Assembly (NCBI GenBank): GCA_963765495.1
Contig: CAVXWP010000006.1
Span: 32,001 to 96,000, forward strand
Origin: Blastocatellia bacterium
GTDB taxonomy: Bacteria; Acidobacteriota; Blastocatellia; UBA7656
Reading direction: 5' to 3'
DNA: 64,000 nucleotides
Below, piece by piece: positions 49,809 to 60,186 of the stretch. Within the stretch, counting starts at the first letter, position 1; each line of letters begins with the position of its first letter. The position numbers and the translations under genes are program-made. The notes beneath the pieces were generated by a model. That model did not search any database, was not told the origin of the DNA, and saw only the letters and a program-made list of their open reading frames with translations.

Positions 49809-50861
49809 TTAGGAACTGAGATTGTTGTTGCGCGAGAGATTGAAATTGCGCGGCGTGATTTCAAACTTTTGAACGACACGTCTGTAGCTCTTGCTTGTCG
49901 TGGGCGTACCGGGCGTCTCTGCTTCTATAGTTATAATGGCCGAGTGAATGTCCCTGCGCGAGGTCAGCTTGCCCGACGCGACCGCGTCAGTGCCGTTACC
50001 GGGAGTTGAGGTGATTCGCTCTTCGATGGTGCCGGATGCGTTTTTTAACAAGACGCGGTACTGCACCTGGAAATTCAGGATGCCTCGCGCTACTGGATAC
50101 CATGTCGTCAAATCTTCGGTTCGCTCAAGCTCGTGCGTGGTTGTGTTGACCCTGTAGCAAACTGTGTTTGTAAGCAGCGTCAAGTAAGAATTTCCATAAA
50201 TGGGTTCTCCCGTATCAAACGACGCGCCGAAAACCGAAGCCGGGCTCAGCACGGTGGCCGGATCGTATTGCAGCTTGATCTGCTCGGCGCCGTCAACGGT
50301 GACGGTCGCCCCGTTTTGCTTCAGTGTGACGATCCTGGCGCGCAGATCGTCATAAACTATGTATTTTCGTGGATCGGTTGCATAGCTCTTGTAGATCGAC
50401 TTTTGCTGAGCAGTGCCGCCGACCTCCGTATAGCTGTAAGTAAATTGCTCGTTTGATCCCGAGCCGCTTCTTGCCACATCCGGGGGCACTACGAGAAATA
50501 ACTCACTCGCACCACTATTTTGATTCTTCACATTTGTGTAAGGAGCGAACGGGTCTCCGTTGATTATCATTATCGAATCGGGCGCTCCTCCCTGCCCGTC
50601 TATATAGAAGATTGCCGCAAAGCTTCCCACATCCACGCCCATGGGGCTGGGCAGCCCTACGCCTGCCGATTGAATATCGCGCGTGAGCAGGTCAATTGCC
50701 GTGCGAACGCTTTGATTCATATCAACCACGGAGGACTCGGTAACAAAGACCTGCTGGTTGCGATTGGTAAGCGAAAACACCGCTCCAAGCAAGCCCACTG
50801 TCAGCAAGGCAGCCACTGTCAATTCGAGCAGCGAGAAACCGCTTTCACTATTGCTTTTCAT
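49809..50861 (-). CDS. PilW-like minor pilin (cassette B)
   Basis: SG|FSLLE prepilin motif; LTRDIQSAG; GGAGG RBS. Confidence 0.85.
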   Translation of the reverse strand: MKSNSESGFSLLELTVAALLTVGLLGAVFSLTNRNQQVFVTESSVVDMNQSVRTAIDLLTRDIQSAGVGLPSPMGVDVGSFAAIFYIDGQGGAPDSIMIINGDPFAPYTNVKNQNSGASELFLVVPPDVARSGSGSNEQFTYSYTEVGGTAQQKSIYKSYATDPRKYIVYDDLRARIVTLKQNGATVTVDGAEQIKLQYDPATVLSPASVFGASFDTGEPIYGNSYLTLLTNTVCYRVNTTTHELERTEDLTTWYPVARGILNFQVQYRVLLKNASGTIEERITSTPGNGTDAVASGKLTSRRDIHSAIITIEAETPGTPTTSKSYRRVVQKFEITPRNFNLSRNNNLSS

Positions 50862-50880
50862 TATCCCGACCTCCATCCGA

Positions 50881-51360
50881 TTAGCTTGATCGCACCGTCA
50901 CAAGCGTTGTCTCTTCGGCCTTTCCGGCATTGCGCCCGGCCTGCAATGCCGCAACCCGTACCGAGATTATTATGGTGTTGTTCAAATCCGTATCGGTCTC
51001 TATCTTCCAGTAGCGGCGATAGAAGGGCTGATCGCCCGTCTGTATGGGAGTGAGCTTGATCTCTCCCGTCTTTTCATTGACATATATGTCTTCGTAATAT
51101 GGAACCGTGCCGACTTTAACCTGGCTCTTGAGGTCGCCACCGAGTTTGAGCCGATTGTTGCTGAACTCTACCGAGGTCAACTCTTCGATCTTCTCCTGCG
51201 CGAGAGCCGTTGTTGCCGTAAACTGTTTAACAACACGGTTCTGGGAGATGGCGAGTGTAAACAACCCCGCCAGAAATATAAGGCCAATCATTGATATGAC
51301 CGAAGCTACCGCCACCTCGATTACTGTGAATCCGCTTTGATTATTTTCACATCTCTTCAT
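50881..51360 (-). CDS. PilV-like minor pilin (cassette B)
   Basis: SG|FTVIE; ALAQEKIEEL. Confidence 0.85.
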   Translation of the reverse strand: MKRCENNQSGFTVIEVAVASVISMIGLIFLAGLFTLAISQNRVVKQFTATTALAQEKIEELTSVEFSNNRLKLGGDLKSQVKVGTVPYYEDIYVNEKTGEIKLTPIQTGDQPFYRRYWKIETDTDLNNTIIISVRVAALQAGRNAGKAEETTLVTVRSS

Positions 51361-51410
51361 AATCGGTCTCCGATTCTGCGCTCAAAGTAGCTTGATGCAT
51401 GCTCTGAACC

Positions 51411-51980
51411 TCAAAACTGAGCATTTACCCATGCACCCTTTTCCAGGCGATAGGTGGTGATTCCGCCTACGCTCGTAATCGTGATGGCTTCATATGATTT
51501 GCTGTTGCCGAAGAAGATCGAAACTACATCAGGTCCCGAAGCCACCACGGGAAAACCGCGCGAGGTGAAATCCTGCATGTAGTATCCGTTTTTAAGAGAG
51601 AAGGAGACTAGGCCTGTAGTTGTTACGCCTGGCGGCACAGCGCTTACGCCCGCCGGTTTTTGAAACGTGATTCCCTGGGGCAGAGGGATGAACTCAATGT
51701 GGTCCACGGTTGTGCCGTCATCTTTGTAGATGACAAGTCCAGCCCGGTTGCCGGTAATATCGACGGCAATGGATGTTTTCTTATTATCTGAAACGGCGCT
51801 CATCTTGGCGCGATTTATCAACCCCACCATCTGACGCGCGGCTATGTTGAGCCTGTACTCGCGCATCGCGGCTGTTATCTTGGGGGTGGCAAAGGCCAGC
51901 AAAACGCCTACCAGCATCACAACAACCGCGATCTCAAGCGCCGTAAAACCCCGCTCCTTTTTCACGATCCTTTCGAGCAT
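51411..51980 (-). CDS. FimT/GspH-like minor pilin (cassette B)
   Basis: RG|FTALE; YRLNIAAR...AKMSAVS; FTSRGFP. Confidence 0.85.
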   Translation of the reverse strand: MLERIVKKERGFTALEIAVVVMLVGVLLAFATPKITAAMREYRLNIAARQMVGLINRAKMSAVSDNKKTSIAVDITGNRAGLVIYKDDGTTVDHIEFIPLPQGITFQKPAGVSAVPPGVTTTGLVSFSLKNGYYMQDFTSRGFPVVASGPDVVSIFFGNSKSYEAITITSVGGITTYRLEKGAWVNAQF

Positions 51981-52360
51981 TTTTCTATCTCGCGATCCTT
52001 TTTGCTCAACAGCAAGTGTCCTGTTCTCTTCTTTTGAAGGATTGATCATAGCTGTTCGTTTGCAACGGCAATGCCAGATGAAAATGATGACAAATCTGAG
52101 AAAAATGAGGGAAAGTATGACCCGGAAGGGTTATCGCTGTGACGGTCTTTAAAATCAAAGTGACGGAATCAATTCAATCTGACCTATGGTATTTCAATGT
52201 CAGATGATGCATGAAACCGGGCAGGGAATTTTCGCGAGCCTCCGTTTTCAAGAAAGGCCGGGCGTGCTTGAGCAGATCGCAACAGGTAAAGTTGCCACGA
52301 ATGAAAGCGAATCCTCAGCAAGAATTTGTCTTCATTCGTGGCTTCTCTGGATAACCCGTC

Positions 52361-54418
52361 TTAATAGTTTTCCCGCTTCCATGACCTTGCGGTAGTCGCG
52401 GGAGCGGCTATGTTGCTTACCTGTACTACGTTGGCTACAGGAGGCGACCCCAGACTGTAATTTGTGCCGGGGAAGAAAGGCGGCCTGAATGTGCCTCCTG
52501 AAAACCGCACATCGAAATAGGTGTCTCCGTTGTAGTAATCAACCAGGCTGTTGTTTTTCTCTACGTCACTGCCTACAAGCCTTATTCGATCACTTGAGCT
52601 TGGAGTCGAATGCCCCGAGCCGTACCAGGTTGTGATACCGCCTTCCTGCCCGGTCTTGGGTGCCTGACTGTCGTTTGAGGTGTCGCTGTTGAAAACGGCG
52701 TTCGCCGCGTCAATCTCGATGCTCAGACCCGAAGAGACGTAATTCGTTTTCGCGTCGAGATATATGTTGCCGTCATTTGTGAAGAGCCCGAGCACGTTAC
52801 TCACCGAACTGATATTTGAAACGGGGGTGCCGTCGGAATTTACCACCGGGTCGGCGTACTTCAGATCGCCCGTGACCTTTATGCTTCGCTGGGCGGTAAT
52901 GGTCAGCGCCGTCTGTGATGCGATTGCCGCTCTGTTATTCGAACTATCCTTACCGCCGCGCAGACTCGTGATGCCGCCGTTTACATAAAGCGACGCGCCC
53001 GATCTCGGGTTGTTGGGGTCCTGTCTATCCATCGGCACTCCCGTATAAGTCCTGGAAGTAGCCCCCGAAGAGATCGTCGTCGTGTTGGCACTGTAATTTA
53101 CGCGGATCGTTGTGGTCGTGCTGCCCTGCGTGACGACATAGACCTGATCGGCCTGGCTCGCCGGGCCGCCCTTGTTGTCGGCATAGAGTTGAACGTCATC
53201 GGCGGTTCCCTGTACATAAATCCCCGCGCCTGTGATTGTGCTGCCGTCGCCTGATGAAATATAGACTCCCTGCGCGAGCGACCCTCCCGACACCGCCGGA
53301 GAGGTATTGGCCACGCTGCGGAGATTGGCCGCGAGCGCCTCGGCAGTCACCCGGCCCGAAGCGCCGAAGATCGGCAGTGGGTTGCCCGAACCGTCTTTCG
53401 GCATTACGGCCGGAGGATCAACGGGTGTGCCGTCCGGGTATGTGTCTACTATCCCGGTCGCGTTTATCACGGCGTACTCTTGCGAGAACTCGTTTGTGGG
53501 AAGAGGCACTTTGCTGGTTTGCTTGTAGCCTTCGGAACTGAGGTGTATGCCGTAATAATCGCTCTGCGGTATGGCCACCATGCCCCGCTGGTAATCGCGT
53601 ATATTGGGATCAACCTGAGATATGATGTTGCGAAAGTTATATTGCCAGGGCGTATAGAATGCGAAATGCGTATTTGTATGTACGGGTCCGCTGAAGGTGC
53701 CCGGAACCAGCACATATTCGGGATGATTCGGGTCGTCGCCTACATCAAAGAATGCACCGAAACCCGAAAAGCTGAAGTCGCGAGGGCCGCCCGAAGGCGG
53801 GCCGTTTGTAAGAGTAACGACTGCCGAAATGCGGCCCGTCTCATCTACTGTCGCGCTGCCGCCCGCCGTGGTCGTCCCGACTACCTGAAGCGAATAGGCA
53901 AAGACAATCGACTGAACGGCCAGATTCTGGCTCGATTTCTGGAGACCGGGTTGCGTACCGGCGAGCGGGCTGAAATTCACCTGAAAGCTTGAGCCGTTAA
54001 GCTGATCGAATAATTGATCGCGCGCCTGGTCTCTGATAAGCGCCTCGGCGCGCGCCTTGACCCGCGCATAAAAGGGGATATTCCATGTCCCATCTGGATT
54101 CGGGATCACCTGAACATCCGGGAACTGATTCGCCCCTGCCGATGTGGGGCCCGAGTAGAAGCCCGTCTCGCCGGTCTGTATCTTGTTAAGCTCTTCTCCA
54201 AACGCCTGCGCAAGCGCGCGTCGGGCAATGCCTATCCCGGCATCGGCTATGAAGAATGCCTGCTCGCCAACCCTCTGGCTCTTGGTCGTCACCGTGTCGG
54301 TTGTTGCCGAAAAGACTATGGCCATCCCCAGCGCCAGCAGTATCGCCATAGTCAGCAGGGCGGTGATGAGCGCCATACCGCGCTCGCTTGCTTTCGTATT
54401 GCTCGCTTGCCTTTTCAT
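52361..54418 (-). CDS. Large PilX-like minor pilin (cassette A)
   Basis: ERG|MALITALL; clear paralog of 47779-49797. Confidence 0.8.
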   Translation of the reverse strand: MKRQASNTKASERGMALITALLTMAILLALGMAIVFSATTDTVTTKSQRVGEQAFFIADAGIGIARRALAQAFGEELNKIQTGETGFYSGPTSAGANQFPDVQVIPNPDGTWNIPFYARVKARAEALIRDQARDQLFDQLNGSSFQVNFSPLAGTQPGLQKSSQNLAVQSIVFAYSLQVVGTTTAGGSATVDETGRISAVVTLTNGPPSGGPRDFSFSGFGAFFDVGDDPNHPEYVLVPGTFSGPVHTNTHFAFYTPWQYNFRNIISQVDPNIRDYQRGMVAIPQSDYYGIHLSSEGYKQTSKVPLPTNEFSQEYAVINATGIVDTYPDGTPVDPPAVMPKDGSGNPLPIFGASGRVTAEALAANLRSVANTSPAVSGGSLAQGVYISSGDGSTITGAGIYVQGTADDVQLYADNKGGPASQADQVYVVTQGSTTTTIRVNYSANTTTISSGATSRTYTGVPMDRQDPNNPRSGASLYVNGGITSLRGGKDSSNNRAAIASQTALTITAQRSIKVTGDLKYADPVVNSDGTPVSNISSVSNVLGLFTNDGNIYLDAKTNYVSSGLSIEIDAANAVFNSDTSNDSQAPKTGQEGGITTWYGSGHSTPSSSDRIRLVGSDVEKNNSLVDYYNGDTYFDVRFSGGTFRPPFFPGTNYSLGSPPVANVVQVSNIAAPATTARSWKRENY

Positions 54419-54428
54419 GATGCCTCCC

Positions 54429-55445
54429 TTAATTCCCTGTTAGCCACGTACCTTTAGTATTCGCGCTCAGGTTGTTATTGCGCAGCAGGTTGAGATTGCG
54501 AGGCGCGACCTCGAATTCAGTAACCGCTTCTCTGTAACCCTTGTCGCTTGATTGCAAATCGGGCGTTTCGGCGCGGATCGTGATGATGACCGAGCGAATG
54601 TTTCTGCGAACCGCGGGCGCAGTCTCTATGGTCTCGACCGGGACGCCGCCCGCGCCCGGCGTGATGATCCGGTATTTTATTTGAATATCTTTTATACCAC
54701 GGGCTATCGGGTACCAGTTCGTAAGATTCGCCGTGCGCAGTAGCTCGCCCGTCGTCGTGTCGAGCCGGTACGCAACCAGACTGTCGAGCACTGCCACCAT
54801 CGCGTTTGCGTAATCGGGCTCACCCGTGTCGCTGGTCGTGCCAAAGGCTGTCGGCGGGTTCAAATCGCTTGCGGCTGTGTGCGGCAGGTTGATCTGATTG
54901 CCCGAAAGCGTGGCGTCGGCCGTAAGCGAAAACACCATGGCTTTGTTGTCGTCGTATATGATGTATTTTCGCTGATCGTTTGCGAATGATCTGTAAACGG
55001 GCCGCATCTGATTCGTATGCAGATCGCGATAGGTGAAGTATGCGTAAGCCGGGCTCGTCGTATTCGGTTTGTTTACCTCCGGCGCTAGAGTCACCTGATA
55101 GGTCGAACTGTTTACCTTGACTCCGTCATTGAACGGCGCGAAAGGATCGCCGTTTACAAGCAGAAGCTGGTCGGGGCTGTTGCTTGCGCCGTCTATGTGA
55201 AAGATCGCGGAGTAACTGCCGTTTGGCCGGGGAAGCCCTACGCCGGCCGATTGAATATCACGGGTGAGAAAATCGGTCGCCGTGCGAAGGTTCTGATTCA
55301 TATCCGTAGAGCCGGACTCCGCGATATAGACCCCCTGATTGCGGTTCATCATAGCGAATATCCCGCCCAGAACGCCCACGGTCAGGAAAGCGGCCATCAT
55401 CAATTCGACAAGCGAGAATCCGTTTTCATCCTTTAAATTCATCAT
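54429..55445 (-). CDS. PilW-like minor pilin (cassette A)
   Basis: NG|FSLVE; LTRDIQSAGVGLP. Confidence 0.85.
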   Translation of the reverse strand: MMNLKDENGFSLVELMMAAFLTVGVLGGIFAMMNRNQGVYIAESGSTDMNQNLRTATDFLTRDIQSAGVGLPRPNGSYSAIFHIDGASNSPDQLLLVNGDPFAPFNDGVKVNSSTYQVTLAPEVNKPNTTSPAYAYFTYRDLHTNQMRPVYRSFANDQRKYIIYDDNKAMVFSLTADATLSGNQINLPHTAASDLNPPTAFGTTSDTGEPDYANAMVAVLDSLVAYRLDTTTGELLRTANLTNWYPIARGIKDIQIKYRIITPGAGGVPVETIETAPAVRRNIRSVIITIRAETPDLQSSDKGYREAVTEFEVAPRNLNLLRNNNLSANTKGTWLTGN

Positions 55446-55459
55446 CGTGATACTCCTCG

Positions 55460-55930
55460 CTAAAACGAGCGCACAGTCGTCAGCGTAGTTGATTCGGGCG
55501 TATTGCCCCGGCTGGCCTGCACGGCCACAACGCGCACGGAAATGACCAGCGTGTCATCAAGCGCGTTTGCCGCCGGGTCCTGCTGGATCTTCCAGTAACG
55601 TATAAAGTTCGCGGATGTATCTGTCGGAGTCGTGACAGTTACGGCCCCCGTTTTATCATCTACCGAGATGCCCTCGACATAGTTGGCGACCTGGGTTGCC
55701 GCAGTCAGCCCGCCCCCGACGGCCAGACGGTTGGTCCCGTCGTTTCTTTCAGCCGCCATCAACTCTTCGATCTTTTTCTGAGCCAGCATGGTCGTCGAGG
55801 TGGACTGCTTGATAAAGCGATTCTGCGTTATGGCAAGCGTAAATAGCGTGGCGAGAAATACCAGCCCCGACATGGTTATGACTGAGGCAACAGCTACCTC
55901 GATCATCGTAAATCCGCTCTCGTTTTTCAT
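55460..55930 (-). CDS. PilV-like minor pilin (cassette A)
   Basis: SG|FTMIE; LAQKKIEEL; AGGAG RBS. Confidence 0.85.
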   Translation of the reverse strand: MKNESGFTMIEVAVASVITMSGLVFLATLFTLAITQNRFIKQSTSTTMLAQKKIEELMAAERNDGTNRLAVGGGLTAATQVANYVEGISVDDKTGAVTVTTPTDTSANFIRYWKIQQDPAANALDDTLVISVRVVAVQASRGNTPESTTLTTVRSF

Positions 55931-55947
55931 CCGTTTGCTCCTATGGG

Positions 55948-56523
55948 CTATTTGCCTGTCTTTACCCATTGCCCATTCTCCCACCACCAGGTGCGCAGCC
56001 CGCCAACCGAAGAGAGCGTGATTGCGCGATAGGATTTGCCGTTGGTCAGATAGACCACGTTTATATCGCCGTCGGTCGTGACCGCGGGAAAGCCCCGCGA
56101 ATTGAAGTTCTGTCGAAAGACGTTTGTGTATCCACTGAGCGCCGGAAAAGAGACTACACTCGATACGGGCACGCCCGTCATCGGCGCGGTAACGCCCGAA
56201 GGCATCGCAAAATAAACACCCTGCGGCAGAGGGGTGTATTCGATATGGTTGATGCTGCCATCCGCGTTATAGACGACTATCCCCATTCTCAGCCCCGTTG
56301 TGTCAACCGCAAGCGATGATGTCTTGTTGTCGGAGATGGCCTGCAACTTTGCTCGCTGAATCATGTCCGATGTCATGCGCGCCGCGATGTTTAGCCTGTA
56401 CTCGCGCATCGCGTTGCCTATTTTCGGGATAGCCATCGCCAGTACGACGCCGATCAACAGAACCACGCCCGCAAGCTCGAGCATCGTAAAGCCTTGTTCT
56501 TTTTTGACGAACCTTCTAGTCAT
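55948..56523 (-). CDS. FimT/GspH-like minor pilin (cassette A)
   Basis: QG|FTMLE; YRLNIAAR; FNSRGFP. Confidence 0.85.
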   Translation of the reverse strand: MTRRFVKKEQGFTMLELAGVVLLIGVVLAMAIPKIGNAMREYRLNIAARMTSDMIQRAKLQAISDNKTSSLAVDTTGLRMGIVVYNADGSINHIEYTPLPQGVYFAMPSGVTAPMTGVPVSSVVSFPALSGYTNVFRQNFNSRGFPAVTTDGDINVVYLTNGKSYRAITLSSVGGLRTWWWENGQWVKTGK

Positions 56524-56758
56524 TACTTGTCTCCATGTGGCCTTATTGAGTTGCAAAGACGATGCCATTTCGATAAGGCAACCGAGATTCGCGAAAACAA
56601 AGGAAGTGATCCCCCAAATTATCCAGAGCGGTTCGATAGACGTTTTTAACCGGCTTCTAAGAGCGATCAGGAGTTTGTGAGGTGTTACCTGCGGATACGC
56701 TTTGTGGAACTTTATTTTTTCCCATTACCGATTTTAAGTACAAGAGTGCTCAATAAGG

Positions 56759-56902
56759 CAGCAATTCTCGGTTTAGAAATTCTGTCTTAACAAAAAGTGA
56801 ACCACGAAATACACGAAGCACACGAAATAGAAGAATTATTCGTGTATTTAGTCTGTTTCGTGGTATATCCCGGTGCGATTTCCTCTAAACCGAGAATTGC
56901 TG
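56759..56902. mobile_element. MITE family B
   Basis: Perfect 19-bp TIRs CAGCAATTCTCGGTTTAGA / TCTAAACCGAGAATTGCTG; 9-bp direct repeat TCAATAAGG at 56750-56758 and 56903-56911; internal CACGAA/TTCGTG palindrome. Confidence 0.88.
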
Positions 56903-57056
56903 TCAATAAGGCGATTTTAGTTTTCGGGATTACCGAGAACGAATTTCGGGGCGGGGATAGGGCTCACGCCTGATCGGCTCTACAAGGCAATTTTCGCCGG
57001 TCTGCTGTGTTGAGTGATTGAGGTAAAGCCTACGGTCAAAGATCGGAGGCTTTATC

Positions 57057-58004
57057 TCATTTTTTGATTTGTCGCCACGAGGCCAGTTTTATCCTGCCCA
57101 CTGAATTGCCCTGATTGAGCGTGAGGACAAAGCTTCCCGTTATTGTATTTCTGTTTTTGTCGCCGTTTGGGCCTTCGACAAGCGAGTTGTTAACGTTGTT
57201 GTTGCCAAAGGCAATGACCTGTCCGTTGATGCTGCCGTTGCCGCTCAGGTCCACCTGCTCTCCGGAGTATGTAATCCCGGTAAAGCTTATGTCCGCGCTG
57301 AAATCGCCTCTGACTCTTATGTCTTCGACGGCGGCCATCAGCATATCGACCTGCACGAAGGGAGGAAGCAGGGGTGTTTGCAGACGGGTCAGATTTGCTT
57401 TCAGATTCGGATTGCCCTGTATATCAATCGAGCCGCTTGCGAATATGGTCACCTGTACTGCGTCTACGCCCTGGCCTATGTTGCCCGTGAGTTTCACACT
57501 GCCTCCGTTTGGCGTGCTGGAACTCGGGGTGGCTAAATTGTAATTATCACGGCCTACAACATAAACCGTATGCCCGTCTGCCTTTGGCCTGTGGGTTGTC
57601 GGGTCCGTGTCGTTTGAGATGTTCCAGGGGTTGCTGGCATTGTTGTATGACCAGCCGACCTCGGACGGGCTGGAGAGTCTTGTGGGGTTTCCAAGACCGT
57701 TTGCGTCGCGAGTTATCCTCAAAGCGACCGCGCCGGTTTGCTGGACGTTGTTCCCGCTGTTGGCACTGGAATCGAGCGCCGTGGCAAGCGCGACATAGGG
57801 TATATTGAGTCTTGCGGCGAGGGAAGCGAGTTGTATTATTCCCGTGTTTCCGTTACCGTGATGGGTAATATTTTTGTCGTTAACGACAAGTGCCGCGATG
57901 ATCGGGTGTGAAGCAGATTTGAAGAATCGGGGTCTGGCCGCGAGCGTGGCAGGGAAGAATTTATCGCGGGGTTCTGTTACACAATTCCACAGATGTAGAA
58001 CCTC
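57057..58004 (-). pseudogene. 5'-truncated PilX-like/adhesin C-terminal fragment
   Basis: Frame is open from 58004 with no ATG/GTG/TTG until 57722; TIFASGSIDIQGNP, GITYSGEQVDLSGNGSINGQVIA, ends ASWRQIKK. Confidence 0.6.
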
Positions 58005-58055
58005 TTAGTAGCGAATTTCAACCTTTTTTTTGGCGAGCAGACAATAGCGCCCACG

Positions 58056-58616
58056 TTATCTGGTTTCGTCGGTCTGGCAATCGCCGCCAAGGACGCGGTC
58101 TTCTATACATCGAAGCAAGCGGTCTTCGAGCACGCCCTTCGATGTGAGAGGCACCCATTCGCTGCCTGTGACCTGATCGGCCAGACCTTCGAATTTGGCA
58201 TATACTCCGACCTGAGATTTGGTGGGCGTTGTGGGGCTGATTTGAATACGCAAGACGTAACGGCCCTTTGCCCAGTTTCGCACGATCGCGGCGGGAACCT
58301 CGCAGTAATGCTCAAGCTGGCTCCGCGTAGTGATTCCCTTTATGAAGATAATCGGCTTGCTTATGAGAGCACATTCGCCCGAAGTCGGATTGCAATCCTC
58401 CTTATCGAGCGGTATCTCTCGCGTTTCGAGCATCTGCTTGGCTACGGTAAGCACTTCATCGCGCGAGGCGGAAATGATATAAGGATTTGGAAGCGGCTTG
58501 ACCGCCTTTGGCTTATTAAGCTGTATTTGCGCGCCGACAGTCACGACTGCGGCCAGCACGAGAATCAATCCGCGAATAGTTTTGCCGAAACGAAATGCGC
58601 TAACTTGATTTGACAT
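58056..58616 (-). CDS. Secreted hypothetical protein
   Basis: Signal peptide; several Cys; WVPLTSKGVLEDRLL C-terminal motif. Confidence 0.7.
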   Translation of the reverse strand: MSNQVSAFRFGKTIRGLILVLAAVVTVGAQIQLNKPKAVKPLPNPYIISASRDEVLTVAKQMLETREIPLDKEDCNPTSGECALISKPIIFIKGITTRSQLEHYCEVPAAIVRNWAKGRYVLRIQISPTTPTKSQVGVYAKFEGLADQVTGSEWVPLTSKGVLEDRLLRCIEDRVLGGDCQTDETR

Positions 58617-58907
58617 TAACTTCACCCTCAACACATCAGATCGAGACTTGAACATTATCAGCGCCCGCCGGTTTATACAAGAGTGCCACCCCTGGATGAA
58701 CGATTCAGCCATCGGCAATTGCAAAAGCAGGGCAATACCGCTTTGCAAAATCCAGGTTTGGAAAGCGGAAACATGCTGCCTCATCCGTGGCCTGTTCCTA
58801 CGCGCCTGTCGCTCAAATCAACCTTTAACTCTATTGCCGCGTTATTGAGGAAATTGACGCTCATCGCGGCGCGATGCTAGACTTGACGGCTTGAATGGAG
58901 GTGTCAG

Positions 58908-59078
58908 GTGCCGATCAGTGAAAGATTGCTCGAGATACTTGCCTGTCCTGTCTGCAAAGTGAAGGTAGAGTTAAAGCCCGACGGGAGCGGTTTGAAATGC
59001 CCGAACTGCCGTCGCGTCTATCCCATTCAGGATGACATCCCGGTCATGCTCATTGACGAAGCGGTAATTGAGCAGTGA
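58908..59078 (+). CDS. Trm112/YcaR family protein (absent from ORF track)
   Basis: GGAGG RBS, GTG start; MPISERLLEILACPVCKVKVELKPDGSGLKCPNCRRVYPIQDDIPVMLIDEAVIEQ. Confidence 0.9.
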   Translation: MPISERLLEILACPVCKVKVELKPDGSGLKCPNCRRVYPIQDDIPVMLIDEAVIEQ

Positions 59079-59090
59079 GCAGATCAACCG

Positions 59091-60122
59091 ATGACGGCTG
59101 CCCGCGAAAATCCTGCGCTCGACTGGTCCGAGGTTCGTCGAGTTCTGCTCGTGCGATTGCGGTCGATAGGCGATACCGTTTTGATGACTCCGTGCCTTTC
59201 GGCCCTCAAATCCTTTCGACCTGATGCGAAGGTGGCCGTTTTGATGGAACCTCTATCCGCCCCCGTTTTGGAAGACCATCCGCTCGTTGATGATTTGCTG
59301 ATTGTTCGTCCGGGCGCGGCAAAGCGTGCGCGTCTTTCGGTCAAACTCCGCCCCATGCGATTCGATGTAGCCTTTAACATGCACGGCGGCACTACCGGGG
59401 CAATACTGGCGGCCGTCTCAGGGGCGAAAAGCACAATCGGCTATCGTGATTACGGCTTCTCGTGGATGCTTGACAAGCGAGCGCCTTCGCCCGATCAAAT
59501 ACTCGGGCGAGAGGGCCTGCACAGCGTCGATCAACAACTCGCGCTGCTCAACTGGTCGGGAGTTCCGCTCCCGCAGACGAAACCGAAATTGAGCCTGACA
59601 GTCTCAGACGCTGCGCGGCAAAGTGTGCGCGCACGGCTCGCTCAACTGGGGATAGACATCTCGGCGGAGGAGAAAAGATTTGCCGTGCTGGCTCCGGCAG
59701 CGGCGATGGAATCGAAGCGATGGCCGGCGGAAGGGTTTGCATCCGTTGCCGATCAATTGAGCAAAGATTGGAATCTTCCTTCTGTCATCATAGCAGGCCC
59801 CGGGCAGGAAAATATCGCTCTCGATGTCGCGCAGCTCGCGCGCTCGCCGGCGAAGCCTCTCACCGGGATCGGTTTGAAAGAATTGATCGCATTGCTTGAA
59901 CTATCCGGCCTTTTCATAGGCAACGACAGCGGCCCGATGCATATCGCCGCCGCTCTTGCCCGCCCCGTTGTCGCCTTATTCGGTTCGTCGAACGCGACCG
60001 TCTGGCATCCGTGGACTGACTCGCCTTATCGAATCTTACAGGCCGAAGACGGGATCAGGCAGATTCGGGCAAATGATGTGATCGCCTCGGTTGAGGAAGT
60101 GATTCGTGAAAATGATGCGTGA
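59091..60122 (+). CDS. Glycosyltransferase family 9 (heptosyltransferase-like)
   Basis: VRLRSIGDTVL, SKRWPAEGF, FIGNDSGPMHIAAAL. Confidence 0.9.
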   Translation: MTAARENPALDWSEVRRVLLVRLRSIGDTVLMTPCLSALKSFRPDAKVAVLMEPLSAPVLEDHPLVDDLLIVRPGAAKRARLSVKLRPMRFDVAFNMHGGTTGAILAAVSGAKSTIGYRDYGFSWMLDKRAPSPDQILGREGLHSVDQQLALLNWSGVPLPQTKPKLSLTVSDAARQSVRARLAQLGIDISAEEKRFAVLAPAAAMESKRWPAEGFASVADQLSKDWNLPSVIIAGPGQENIALDVAQLARSPAKPLTGIGLKELIALLELSGLFIGNDSGPMHIAAALARPVVALFGSSNATVWHPWTDSPYRILQAEDGIRQIRANDVIASVEEVIRENDA

Positions 60123-60178
60123 TTTTCAGGCAAGATGCCTGTCAAAGACAACTTGCAAGTCTCACGCATCACGCATCA
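60099..60178. repeat. GCGTGAT heptamer inverted repeat
   Basis: GTGATTCGTGAAAATGATGCGTGA ... TCACGCATCACGCATCA. Confidence 0.65.
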
Positions 60179-60186
60179 AGTCAATT

